Below the pieces are notes generated by a model, which was not told the DNA's origin, made no database searches, and was given only the letters and a program-made list of their open reading frames with translations. Source: Candidatus Aenigmatarchaeota archaeon (GTDB lineage Archaea > Aenigmatarchaeota > Aenigmatarchaeia > GW2011-AR5 > JAHLMP01). From it: 32,428 bases of DNA. The position numbers and the translations under genes were made by a program. Numbering within the stretch: position 1 is the stretch's first letter; each line of letters opens with the position of its first letter. The stretch covers positions 1-32,428 of the forward strand of contig JAGGUE010000057.1 of assembly GCA_021158665.1 (NCBI GenBank), in the 5' to 3' direction. Positions 23,696 to 32,428 of the stretch are shown piece by piece.

Positions 23696-24119
23696 TAAAT
23701 GTTCAATAATAAAAGCATTAATCTAGCTTAGATGCGCGCATATTTAAAAATCTTTCAAGCCGATTTTTAATGATTACGCCAAGTGCTTGCTCTTCCTTAC
23801 GAAAATCGCCCGTGAAGTTTGTCGGAGTTCCAATTGCGAATTAAGTAATCGGCGGTGCAATTTGAAAAACTCACAACGCATTAATTCGCCGAAAATCATT
23901 GCCAAAAATTCAATAATCTGTTTTCAATGCTCGCACCTACCCTCCATTATCTTTTCCCGATTTTCGCGATATTTTCTTCTGGTATCCGGGAACGCATCGA
24001 GTTCGGATTTCGCGTGGCGAATGGCGAGCAACGATTGTTCGCAAATTATTTAAGTTATATATGTTATAAATAATTCATATATATGTAAAATTATGTTCAT
24101 ATTATTATGGTGATTGAAC

Positions 24120-25532
24120 ATGGAAGATAAAGGGATGGGAACGACAACCGCGATTCAGATTTTGAAATCTGCGATTGGAAATCCCGTTGCGAGAGAGTTG
24201 ATTTCTTCGGTTTCCAATTGGTGCGAGAAAGACCAAAAGAATAGACTGGAGGTTGCACTGGAATTGTGGGCCGAACAAAGGAAGGACGCCTGCTGGAAAT
24301 GCAAAGCGGCTGAAAAAGGATTGGCTAAAATCCTTAAATTTGGGGGAAAGGCATTTGGAGTTTCTGAGGAAGAAATGCGAAAAAAATTCAGTGACCATTC
24401 GTGGAGGAAGGGACTGGCAAATGTTTTGCGAGGAATAGCCAAATTCGGAATTCAGCGCCCGTTCGTTCCGGGTGCCCCGTTTTTGATTGTGTGGGACATT
24501 ACCTATGCCTGCAATTTGAAATGTAAGCATTGCTATGCCACGGCTGGAAAATCGTTGCCGAACGAACTCACCACCGAAGAAGCGAAAAAAGCGATAGATA
24601 AGTTGGATAAAGCCGGGGTGCCGATAATCGCTTTTTCTGGAGGGGAGCCTTTGGTCAGGCCGGACATATTCGAATTATCCAGATATGCGGCAGATAAAGG
24701 AATTTACGTTGCAATGGCTACAAACGGGACTTTGATAACGAAAGAAATGGCTGAAAAAATGAAAGAAGCGGGAATGCAATTCGTTCAAATCTCTTTAGAT
24801 GGCGCAGACGCAAAAACCCATGACGGATTTAGGGGCGTTACAGGAGCGTTTGAGAGAACAATTAAAGGGATAAAAAACTGCGTGGAACGGGATTTTTTTG
24901 TAAATATTTCGACAACGGTCACGCATTACAATTACGGGCAAATTCCAAAAATAATAGACCTTTGCGAGGAATTGGGAGTGAATTGGTTCATGGCATATAA
25001 TTTTGTTCCGGTTGGAAGGGGTGACTTCATCAAAAAAAGCGACTTGACTCCGGAAGAAAGAGAAGAACTGCTGAAGATGTTGTGGGAAAAATTGAAGAGC
25101 AACAAGGTTAATGTTTTAACGACGGCTCCGCAATTCTCCAGGGTCGCCCTGCAAAGAGAATTTGGAGACGAGAAGATTGTTCCAACGCACTTTTATACGC
25201 TAAAACTGAAGGGGAAACTAATAAATTTGGCAGAGTTCATTGGCGGATGCGGCGCAGGGAGATTCTACTGCGCGATAAGGCCGCAGGGAAATATAGAGCC
25301 GTGCGTGTTCTTTCCTTTGACTGTCGGGAACATTAAAAATGACGATTTTGAAGAGTTGTGGAACAACAATAAAATTTTCAAGGACTTGAGAAATAAAGAT
25401 TTGTTGAAGCCGAACTGCGGAAAATGCGATTATCGCTATTACTGCGGGGGCTGCAGGGCAAGAGCTTACAATTACTTTGGAGACTACTTGGCTCCTGACC
25501 CCGGCTGCATAAAAAACAAGGTGAAAAAATGA
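24120..25532 (+). CDS. radical SAM protein with C-terminal SPASM domain and an approximately 110-aa N-terminal extension
   Basis: The CNLKCKHC (CxxxCxxC) cluster motif and the SPASM cysteines (CGAGRFYCAIRPQGNIEPCVF ... CGKCDYRYYCGGCRARAY) are present. The N-terminal helical extension carries a CWKC pair. The ATG at 24120 lies 7 nt after GGTGA; the track start at 24114 is a TTG. Confidence 0.85.
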   Translation: MEDKGMGTTTAIQILKSAIGNPVARELISSVSNWCEKDQKNRLEVALELWAEQRKDACWKCKAAEKGLAKILKFGGKAFGVSEEEMRKKFSDHSWRKGLANVLRGIAKFGIQRPFVPGAPFLIVWDITYACNLKCKHCYATAGKSLPNELTTEEAKKAIDKLDKAGVPIIAFSGGEPLVRPDIFELSRYAADKGIYVAMATNGTLITKEMAEKMKEAGMQFVQISLDGADAKTHDGFRGVTGAFERTIKGIKNCVERDFFVNISTTVTHYNYGQIPKIIDLCEELGVNWFMAYNFVPVGRGDFIKKSDLTPEEREELLKMLWEKLKSNKVNVLTTAPQFSRVALQREFGDEKIVPTHFYTLKLKGKLINLAEFIGGCGAGRFYCAIRPQGNIEPCVFFPLTVGNIKNDDFEELWNNNKIFKDLRNKDLLKPNCGKCDYRYYCGGCRARAYNYFGDYLAPDPGCIKNKVKK

Positions 25533-25626
25533 GGTATAAATTTTTAAGCGGCGGTTATCGCCCGCTTTTCTGGACATGGCCTGTATGGTATTATTTACTT
25601 ATACGACTGGTGGAAAGGTGGTTAAA

Positions 25627-27465
25627 ATGTCATTCAGAAGAGTTTTATTGGTAAAACCAAAGGGAAGGAAAGGCTTGGGCTTTTCATCAGATGTAATTCC
25701 TATAAGCTTGGAGTATATCGCAGCATCAATAGAAAAAGAAGTTGATAAAGTTTGGATAATTGATATGGAATTTGAAAGGCGTCCGTTCCAACACTTTCTC
25801 GACACACTTCATCCGGATTTGGTTGGAATTACAATGTCGGCAACGGATCATAATGAAGGTTTGCGTCTTGCTAAAATCGCCAAAGATAATGGCATTATGA
25901 CCGTATTGGGCGGTTATCATCCAACTGCTATACCAGACGAATTGCTTTCATATCCACAAATTGATATCATTGTTAGAGGTGAGGGGGAACTCACAATGAA
26001 AGAATTTGTAAAAAAAGGTTCGCCTGAAAATATTCTCGGAGTTTCATTCAAAAGCGGCGGGAAAATAATTCACAACCCTGACCGACCATTGATAGAAGAT
26101 TTGGATTCCCTGCCTTTTCCGGCAAGACATCTCAGAAGACACAAATACAAAGACCATATGAACAACAATGGCAAAGAATTGGATGTGATTACAATGTCAC
26201 GCGGTTGCTGGGGAAGATGTAGTTTTTGTTGCGAACCTTACATGAGCAAGAGCCGAATGCGATTTAGGTCACCTGAAAACATAATGAAAGAATTGTTCGA
26301 AATCGTATCTTTTCATAAAGGAAAACCGCTGCAAATTCTTGTAACAGACCCGCATTTCATGGGCGATCCTAAGAGAATAGATCGATTATGTGATTTGTTG
26401 CAAAAACATAAATTAGATATAACATTTTCTGTTATGACAAGAGTTGACAGCATTGTTAGATATCCCGAACTCGTCAAGAAAATGTGCGATAGCGGCATTC
26501 TTAGTTATGAGTTGGGCTTTGAAAGCCCAAATCAGAAAGATTTGAATAATGTTAAGAAAGGTATAACTCTCGGGATGCAGGAAAAAGCTGTGAAAATATT
26601 AAGGGATAATTGTGCGAACGTCTCCGGGACTTTTGTTATTGGTTTACCCGGTCAAAGCGAAGAGGAGATAAAGCAATTTCCATCATATGCCAAAAAAATT
26701 GGTCTGATGAACTGCGCATTTGGTATTGCAACTCCATTTCCTGGGACAGAATTTTATGAAAAGTTGGAGAAAAATAATCTAATCTTTGAGCGTGATTGGA
26801 CAAAATATGATGAGATGCACTCCGTGTTTAAGTTAAATCCTTTGAGTTCGGATAAACTGGAAGAATTAGAAAGTTATTGCATGGCAAGATTTTGGACATT
26901 GAATACCCTGCTGGACAGGAACGGGGTTTCACAAAAAAGGACTGGCAAAAAATTATCGTTAAAAGATTTCATATATGAGATGATCGCAAAAGTGAAATTT
27001 GCCAGAAATGCTGGTTATGATTTGAGGGGCGGTAAAATAAAAAAACACGCTAAGGTTGTTTTACATGCGATCAAAGATGCTGAAATAGAAGAAAATGAAA
27101 GAAAAATATTCATGCATGACATTATAGAAATGTCGAGATTTTTAAAGATTTTAGGGTCGCAAATCATACAAATCACTTTGATATGTGACGGTCAAAAAGT
27201 GAGTTATATTATAAAAACTACGAGCAAAAATGTGGAATATGTAAAAACTATTTCTGGAAAGCAGAGCGATGCAACTATAGATATTGATATTGATTTGGGC
27301 GAGATTATTGATTCGTTTAATGGTTATTCGCCACTTAACCTATTGAATTATATCTCTTTATTGAAACGTGCACGGAATATTAAAGGTGTTTTGAATGTGC
27401 TTAGATTGTGTTTTGCGTTGACAACTGATTTGACTTTTTCTTATCTGGAAAATAAACTGGTGTGA
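25627..27465 (+). CDS. class B (cobalamin-binding domain) radical SAM enzyme with an SCP2-like C-terminal extension
   Basis: The N-terminal B12-binding-type Rossmann segment (RVLLVKPKG...VGITMSATDH...VLGGYHPT) and the cluster motif CWGRCSFC are present. About 170 aa extra at the C-terminus fit the SCP2 sterol-carrier pattern. The start at 25627 follows AAGGTGG. Confidence 0.8.
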   Translation: MSFRRVLLVKPKGRKGLGFSSDVIPISLEYIAASIEKEVDKVWIIDMEFERRPFQHFLDTLHPDLVGITMSATDHNEGLRLAKIAKDNGIMTVLGGYHPTAIPDELLSYPQIDIIVRGEGELTMKEFVKKGSPENILGVSFKSGGKIIHNPDRPLIEDLDSLPFPARHLRRHKYKDHMNNNGKELDVITMSRGCWGRCSFCCEPYMSKSRMRFRSPENIMKELFEIVSFHKGKPLQILVTDPHFMGDPKRIDRLCDLLQKHKLDITFSVMTRVDSIVRYPELVKKMCDSGILSYELGFESPNQKDLNNVKKGITLGMQEKAVKILRDNCANVSGTFVIGLPGQSEEEIKQFPSYAKKIGLMNCAFGIATPFPGTEFYEKLEKNNLIFERDWTKYDEMHSVFKLNPLSSDKLEELESYCMARFWTLNTLLDRNGVSQKRTGKKLSLKDFIYEMIAKVKFARNAGYDLRGGKIKKHAKVVLHAIKDAEIEENERKIFMHDIIEMSRFLKILGSQIIQITLICDGQKVSYIIKTTSKNVEYVKTISGKQSDATIDIDIDLGEIIDSFNGYSPLNLLNYISLLKRARNIKGVLNVLRLCFALTTDLTFSYLENKLV

Positions 27466-27471
27466 TTTAAA

Positions 27472-28494
27472 ATGGTGTTTTATAAGATTTGGCGAATCTG
27501 GAGGACATACGGTCTTATGCGGAAACTATCTTCTATAAATGGTTCAAATGCAAGCAAAACATTGTTGGACCGTGTCATGTACAAATTTGAGAGTTTGCCG
27601 CCTTTAGGAAAGGAATACTGGTGGTTTCTTTTCTTTGGCAGAAACGGAAAAAGACCGGTGCAACTTATGTTGCTTATCTTCAGAAAGCATGGAAAGAAAA
27701 TGTTATTTAATGATAAAGAAATGGTACTTAGAGAAGTGGAGAAAAATAAACTCCGGGCCGTTACTAGCGGTTGGATATATGACGGAAAAAAACTCTGTAA
27801 CTTGGGGGATACAAATGCTATTGTAGAAATTCCGGGCAAAAAGATTGTTTCCGAGATTTCTGGTCAAAAAATGACGCTTGGCGGAGGTTTTCCAAATTAT
27901 GAATTGACTGTTGGAAATTTGATTAATTTGAAAATAACAAAGGGGGATTGTCTTGAAGACAATGCCGCAAGTGGCGTATTTTTGCCACCATTTGGTATGT
28001 CGTGGATCGATATTTTTTCAAGCGTTGAAGGTATTGTACTAGGAAAAAAATTTAAAGGAACTGGACACTTGCAGAAAGTTTTTGGGGTTACGATATTCGG
28101 ACCGTTTCATTGGGGAAGACTTGTTTTTCAAAACGGTTCTTCAACTTCATTTTTCTGCCTTAAAACAGGCAGAAATTCAAAAACATATTTTCGCAGATCT
28201 TTAATCTTTCACGACATTGAAAATAAGAGAATTATCAGATTTGATAATCCAAAATTGGAAATATTAAAAATGGGAAATAACTGGATTGTTGAGGGTAGCG
28301 ACATCGACAAAACTCTTAAAATGGTTCTGGAAACTTATGCAACAAAGCGATATGTTATGAAAGGTGGCGGTTCGCAGGTTTACATTGAATACGCGGTTAT
28401 ACCCAAAGAATTCAAGCTGAGAACCAAAGACAAAATAATTACCTTAGATGACACGGGCAAGGGGGTCGGAACTTTGGAAGATGCATATTGGTAA
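27472..28494 (+). CDS. hypothetical beta-rich protein, possibly CrtC/AttH-like
   Basis: 340 aa, 6 nt downstream of the B12-rSAM gene. The motif GKEYWWFLFFGRNGKRPVQLMLLIF resembles the EWWY..G....Q.tffr signature of CrtC/AttH-like lipocalin-fold proteins. This is weak and based on motif memory only. Confidence 0.55.
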   Translation: MVFYKIWRIWRTYGLMRKLSSINGSNASKTLLDRVMYKFESLPPLGKEYWWFLFFGRNGKRPVQLMLLIFRKHGKKMLFNDKEMVLREVEKNKLRAVTSGWIYDGKKLCNLGDTNAIVEIPGKKIVSEISGQKMTLGGGFPNYELTVGNLINLKITKGDCLEDNAASGVFLPPFGMSWIDIFSSVEGIVLGKKFKGTGHLQKVFGVTIFGPFHWGRLVFQNGSSTSFFCLKTGRNSKTYFRRSLIFHDIENKRIIRFDNPKLEILKMGNNWIVEGSDIDKTLKMVLETYATKRYVMKGGGSQVYIEYAVIPKEFKLRTKDKIITLDDTGKGVGTLEDAYW

Positions 28495-28495
28495 T

Positions 28496-28876
28496 CTAAA
28501 AAAACATAGCTTTCCTCTCCAAGGTTTTAGTGATTTCTTCTAAAATTTTCTGTATTTTATTTCTAACATTTTTCCATGCTTCCCGAATCGGAACGGCATT
28601 ATAAATATACTTAAGCCTTTTTCCCTGCTCAACTCTTTTATTTATGAATTCTTCTTGTTCCAGTCTTTTAATATATTTTCGTATTGTTCGCTCTGAAAGG
28701 TTTAGTTGCTTTTCCATCTGTTTTATGGTCAACGAAGATTTCAATAAGATGTTGTAAATTTTAATTTCTATTGGTTTGAAGTTGAGAAATCCAAGTATAA
28801 CATTTAATAGTTCTATTGGTTTTTTTCTTCCTTTAAGTATCCTTTCTATATCCACAATGTAGTTTCTTTTAGCCAT
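28496..28876 (-). CDS. winged-helix transcriptional regulator (TrmB/MarR-like)
   Basis: The HTH region is IKIYNILLKSSLTIKQMEKQLNLSERTIRKYIKRLEQEEFINKR. I chose the Met at 28876 (MAKRNY). The track start at 28972 would add an AT-rich, unlikely leader. Confidence 0.6.
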   Translation of the reverse strand: MAKRNYIVDIERILKGRKKPIELLNVILGFLNFKPIEIKIYNILLKSSLTIKQMEKQLNLSERTIRKYIKRLEQEEFINKRVEQGKRLKYIYNAVPIREAWKNVRNKIQKILEEITKTLERKAMFF

Positions 28877-28989
28877 GATTATTGATATGAACATAATGAT
28901 ATATAAATTTTCATACGTATGAACCATCTTATAGAAACAACGCGACATATAGCATTTATAGAATTTGCGCATTTCTGCCTAAAATATTT

Positions 28990-30159
28990 TCATTTTCTAA
29001 AATAATTCCTAAAAACAATGAACAAAACAACCGAAATAATGCTAACTGCCGCGCCATAGACAAAGGGCATGCTTGAATTAATTTGCCATAGAAACCCTGC
29101 TATTAAACTTGCCGGCAGCGCCATTAAACCCATTGCGGTATGAAATGTTCCCAATGCCGTAGCCCTCAATTCTTCCGAAGACAAATCAGAAACATAAGCC
29201 CTTTGATTACCGTCCACTATGGCATAAACTATGCCGTAAAGAGCGAATAAAACTATAAAAGCCGTCAATGAGTTGAAAAATGCAAATCCAAGGGAGGTTA
29301 ACGAAAATAGTAGATAACCAAAGGTGATAACTTTTTTCCTCCCTATTTTATCGGAGAGTTCACCGAAGGGAACAGCAAACACGGCATAGAAAGCATTGAA
29401 GAGAATATACAAAAGGATTGGCGCCCCAACCGATAATTTACCCGTAAAGAGCTCTTGCGCTCTGAGGATAAAAAACATATAACTGAAATTTGCCAAAGCA
29501 AATATCCCAGAAACCAAGATAAATAATTTAAGCGGTCGTGAAAGAGTTTTCAAACCGATTTTTAAATTTATATCCTGCGGTTCTCTTTTTCTCTCCTTTA
29601 CAAAATATAAAGGAATTAAAGAAAGAAACGCTAAAATTGCTGCTATGAATATAATTGACTTGAAATTATATCCGAAAAACCAAATCAAAAGAAAAACAAT
29701 AATCGACCCTCCAATTGCTCCTGAAGTATCCATTGCCCTATGAATTCCGAACCCCTTGCCTTTCTCTTTGGGCATAGAATCTGCAATAATGGCATCCCGG
29801 GCTGCCGTCCTCAACCCTTTGCCAATCCGTTCCAAACCAGCGAAAATTAAAACATGTTGCCATATTTTAGAAAACGCCAAAAATAATTTGAAAAGTGCTG
29901 AAGTCAGATAGCCGGAGAAAACAAAAATTTTCCTTTTTCCAGATTTATCTGACCAATAACCTGCAAAAACTTTTAGAATACTTGAAATACTGTCTCTCAA
30001 TCCCCCAATCAATCCAACAACTAAACCAGCACCGCCTAATGCTGTAATGAACATTGGCAAAATCGGCATTATCATCTCACTGCTCAAATCATTCAGAAAA
30101 CTGACAATGCCCAGTAAAAGTATATTTACCTTAGCTCCCATTAGATATTTACTATTCAT
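28990..30159 (-). CDS. MFS transporter
   Basis: 389 aa with about 12 TM segments. The loop 2-3 motif GYWSDKSGKRK and the second-half motif GELSDKIGRKK are typical of MFS. Confidence 0.85.
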   Translation of the reverse strand: MNSKYLMGAKVNILLLGIVSFLNDLSSEMIMPILPMFITALGGAGLVVGLIGGLRDSISSILKVFAGYWSDKSGKRKIFVFSGYLTSALFKLFLAFSKIWQHVLIFAGLERIGKGLRTAARDAIIADSMPKEKGKGFGIHRAMDTSGAIGGSIIVFLLIWFFGYNFKSIIFIAAILAFLSLIPLYFVKERKREPQDINLKIGLKTLSRPLKLFILVSGIFALANFSYMFFILRAQELFTGKLSVGAPILLYILFNAFYAVFAVPFGELSDKIGRKKVITFGYLLFSLTSLGFAFFNSLTAFIVLFALYGIVYAIVDGNQRAYVSDLSSEELRATALGTFHTAMGLMALPASLIAGFLWQINSSMPFVYGAAVSIISVVLFIVFRNYFRK

Positions 30160-30164
30160 AATTA

Positions 30165-31889
30165 TTACTCTTCACGGTTATTTTTTAGTTTTTGTTTAAA
30201 TTTCTCATTAATAACTAATACGGAAGGTACTACGGTAATCGCTGCAATAAAGCAAAACAAAACACCAAAAGACATCATATTTCCCAAATCTGCTAACAAG
30301 GTCAGTTGCCCTAAAGACATGGCTCTGAAACCTATCAAAGCTGCCAATGTTGTTATAAGCATCGGTACAAATACCTTTGAAAGTGTTATTTTCATCGCTT
30401 TTTCTATTTTATGTTTTTTTATTTCCTGTCTGAATCTGTTTACAACCTGAATTCCGAAATCTATTCCTATGCCCATAATCATTGACATGCCGCCGGACAT
30501 CGTGGGGTTTATGTATATTCCAAATAAACCCAAGGCTCCGTAAACCCATATCATTCCAAATCCGATTGCAAGCAAAGAAATTATACCATATCTCAAAGAA
30601 AGGAAAAGCAAACACACGACTATAAAAATCCCTATTAAAGAAAACATTGAAGTCGTCTGCATAGTTGGCATGATCTGGTTTTTCAACTCTTCAGATACTA
30701 TCGGATCTCCGGTTAGCCCGATATTCAATCCAGCGGGTTTTTCTGTCTCGCCGATTATATGTTTAAGTTCATCAATAAAATCATCCTTTTTTTCTTCATT
30801 CATTTCTGCCAAGTTTATTCTTATAGTACTTGTTGTACAATCATCGCTTACATAGTATTTGAACCGGTTTAATTTCACCGGTTCATCATTCTTCTCTTCA
30901 CCTTCATACAACTCCAGATATTTGCTGATGTCATCTAAACCAGAACTTATTCCAGAAACACCCTCTTTCATGTTGGAAGTGAGATTTTCGAGCAACAAAC
31001 TTGCATTTTTCATTTTTTCAAGTCCGGAAGAGATATTTTCAAGAGCATTTGCCATTCCATTTAACGATATTGATAATTGTTGCATCCCTTCCCGCGCTTC
31101 CGTTGTTTGAGCAATCATTGTATTCAGACCCTGCTTTAGTCCTTCCAAATAACCAATTATTTCCATTTTTTCAGATTCTGTAGCATTTGATTGCTGCACT
31201 AATGTTTCTGTTTGGTTAATTAGAGAAACAGTCTGAATTATCTTGCTTAAATCCTGTTCCTGATTCATACCTTCTGCTATTGAGGAAAGAGCATATTGGA
31301 TTTGCTTCAAAGCAAACGATGAACCATTCAGGCCATAAGTTATACCATCTATAATTTGCCCCTCCGCTGTCATACCTTCTTCTATGCCTTCCAATCCTTC
31401 AGAGAATTGAGATAGCGTTCCCGGCAGATTCAAAGAAGATTTATTTATGACAATTTCTTTATTCATGAGTTCAATGATTTTTGATTTTGTTTTCGGCAAA
31501 TGTCCAGAGTTCATCTCCTTCAGAATATCAGAAACCCCTGTTATAGAAGAGATACCTTGCATTTTTCTTATTTTTTGTTCTAAAATATCAAGATACTCAA
31601 TAACTTCTGGGTTTCGAATGTCTCTTACCTCGTTGGAATTTGCGTATTTCGGATTTATTTCAGCAATAATCATTACCGATTCTCCCGAAGTCCCGAATTC
31701 ATCACCAATATAATAGATTGCATTTATCTCATCTATATTCTTAGGAACCATATCTCTATACGACATGCTTTCCGTTTTACTAAAACTCACTCCCACAAAT
31801 GAAATCAGGGTAAATACTATTACGACTCCAAAAATTATCTGAGGTTTTTTTGCCACGAATCCAGCATACCTTTCAATTGTTTTTTTCAT
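30165..31889 (-). CDS. half-size MMPL/RND-superfamily exporter with a large coiled-coil extracytoplasmic loop
   Basis: 574 aa: one N-terminal TM, a loop of about 380 aa rich in helical repeats (GLEGIEEGM.., GLKQGLNTM.., SGLEKMKN.., GVSGISSGLDD), then 5 TM with an MMPL-like pattern. Confidence 0.75.
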   Translation of the reverse strand: MKKTIERYAGFVAKKPQIIFGVVIVFTLISFVGVSFSKTESMSYRDMVPKNIDEINAIYYIGDEFGTSGESVMIIAEINPKYANSNEVRDIRNPEVIEYLDILEQKIRKMQGISSITGVSDILKEMNSGHLPKTKSKIIELMNKEIVINKSSLNLPGTLSQFSEGLEGIEEGMTAEGQIIDGITYGLNGSSFALKQIQYALSSIAEGMNQEQDLSKIIQTVSLINQTETLVQQSNATESEKMEIIGYLEGLKQGLNTMIAQTTEAREGMQQLSISLNGMANALENISSGLEKMKNASLLLENLTSNMKEGVSGISSGLDDISKYLELYEGEEKNDEPVKLNRFKYYVSDDCTTSTIRINLAEMNEEKKDDFIDELKHIIGETEKPAGLNIGLTGDPIVSEELKNQIMPTMQTTSMFSLIGIFIVVCLLFLSLRYGIISLLAIGFGMIWVYGALGLFGIYINPTMSGGMSMIMGIGIDFGIQVVNRFRQEIKKHKIEKAMKITLSKVFVPMLITTLAALIGFRAMSLGQLTLLADLGNMMSFGVLFCFIAAITVVPSVLVINEKFKQKLKNNREE

Positions 31890-32428
31890 GCTTCAAACCT
31901 CTTCCAAGAAAATTTAATTCAAGTTTTTCTACTTTTTCAATAAATCTTTCCTCAAGCAATATAAGAGCTGGAGATATGACTATAGTCGCGAATAAAATGC
32001 AGAAAATTCCCAGAGCAAGAGTTTCCCCAAGATGCTGAATCATCGGCATGGAGGATGTCAATAAGGCAAGAAAACCAACTACGGTAGTTGTTCCAGAACC
32101 CACAATCCCCGAACCAACAGAAGGTAATGCCAAAATTAATGCTTCTCTTTGATTTTTACCTTTTTCTCTTTCTTCCTCATATCTTTCCACCAAGAAAATT
32201 CCATATTCTGTACCCAACCCCAAAATCATCGCTCCTATGCCAACCGTTGCTACTGACAATGGAATGTTAAACCACCCCATAAGCCCAAAGGTCCATGTAA
32301 GACCTAAAATCAAAGGGGTGAAGACGAGAATACCTCTTGTAATAGATCTTTTTATTAAAATAAGCAATAACAAAATTATAATTGCTGCAATACCAGATGT
32401 AAAAACCATGTCATGTTCAAGCATATTC
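31873..32428 (-). CDS. half-size MMPL/RND-superfamily exporter, N-terminally truncated by the window edge
   Basis: The TM bundle has GIGAMILGLGTEYGIFLVERYEEE (MMPL/SSD-like). The frame stays open to the window end. Its 3' end overlaps the next MMPL gene by 17 nt. Confidence 0.7.
   Translation of the reverse strand, partial: NMLEHDMVFTSGIAAIIILLLLILIKRSITRGILVFTPLILGLTWTFGLMGWFNIPLSVATVGIGAMILGLGTEYGIFLVERYEEEREKGKNQREALILALPSVGSGIVGSGTTTVVGFLALLTSSMPMIQHLGETLALGIFCILFATIVISPALILLEERFIEKVEKLELNFLGRGLKHEKNN

Overview
The window looks like a compact, AT-rich archaeal chromosome segment from a small genome, DPANN-like by gene content. It is dominated by information-processing genes: aRF1, S8e, LSm, L37e, Dph2 and a Dph6-like protein, the SBDS-Rrp4-Rrp41 exosome operon, tRNA-splicing endonuclease, aIF6, prefoldin alpha, NAD kinase and G1P dehydrogenase. 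There are five tRNA genes. The main finding is that tRNA-Lys(CUU) and tRNA-Val(GAC) each carry a very large insertion (about 508 and 417 nt) at the same T-loop position. The two insertions have identical or near-identical termini. Their interiors are built from variable numbers of two hairpin modules that show compensatory stem changes. The exon-insert junctions can form relaxed bulge-helix-bulge motifs, and a long multi-unit EndA is encoded in the same window. Four of the five tRNA genes contain introns, at three different positions. The second notable locus (24.1-32.4 kb) encodes a SPASM radical SAM protein, a cobalamin-type radical SAM protein with an SCP2-like tail, and an uncharacterised beta-rich protein. 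Next to these lie a wHTH regulator, an MFS transporter and two half-size MMPL/RND exporter genes, so a lipid-tailoring cluster is plausible. Smaller observations include a 1.39-kb low-GC islet bounded by a 12-bp repeat of the tRNA-Gly 3' end and containing a frameshifted NYN gene. Rrp42 is missing from the exosome operon, a PEP-utilising homologue lacks the catalytic His, and several structured GC-rich intergenic elements are present. No CRISPR array, rRNA gene, transposase or integrase was seen.
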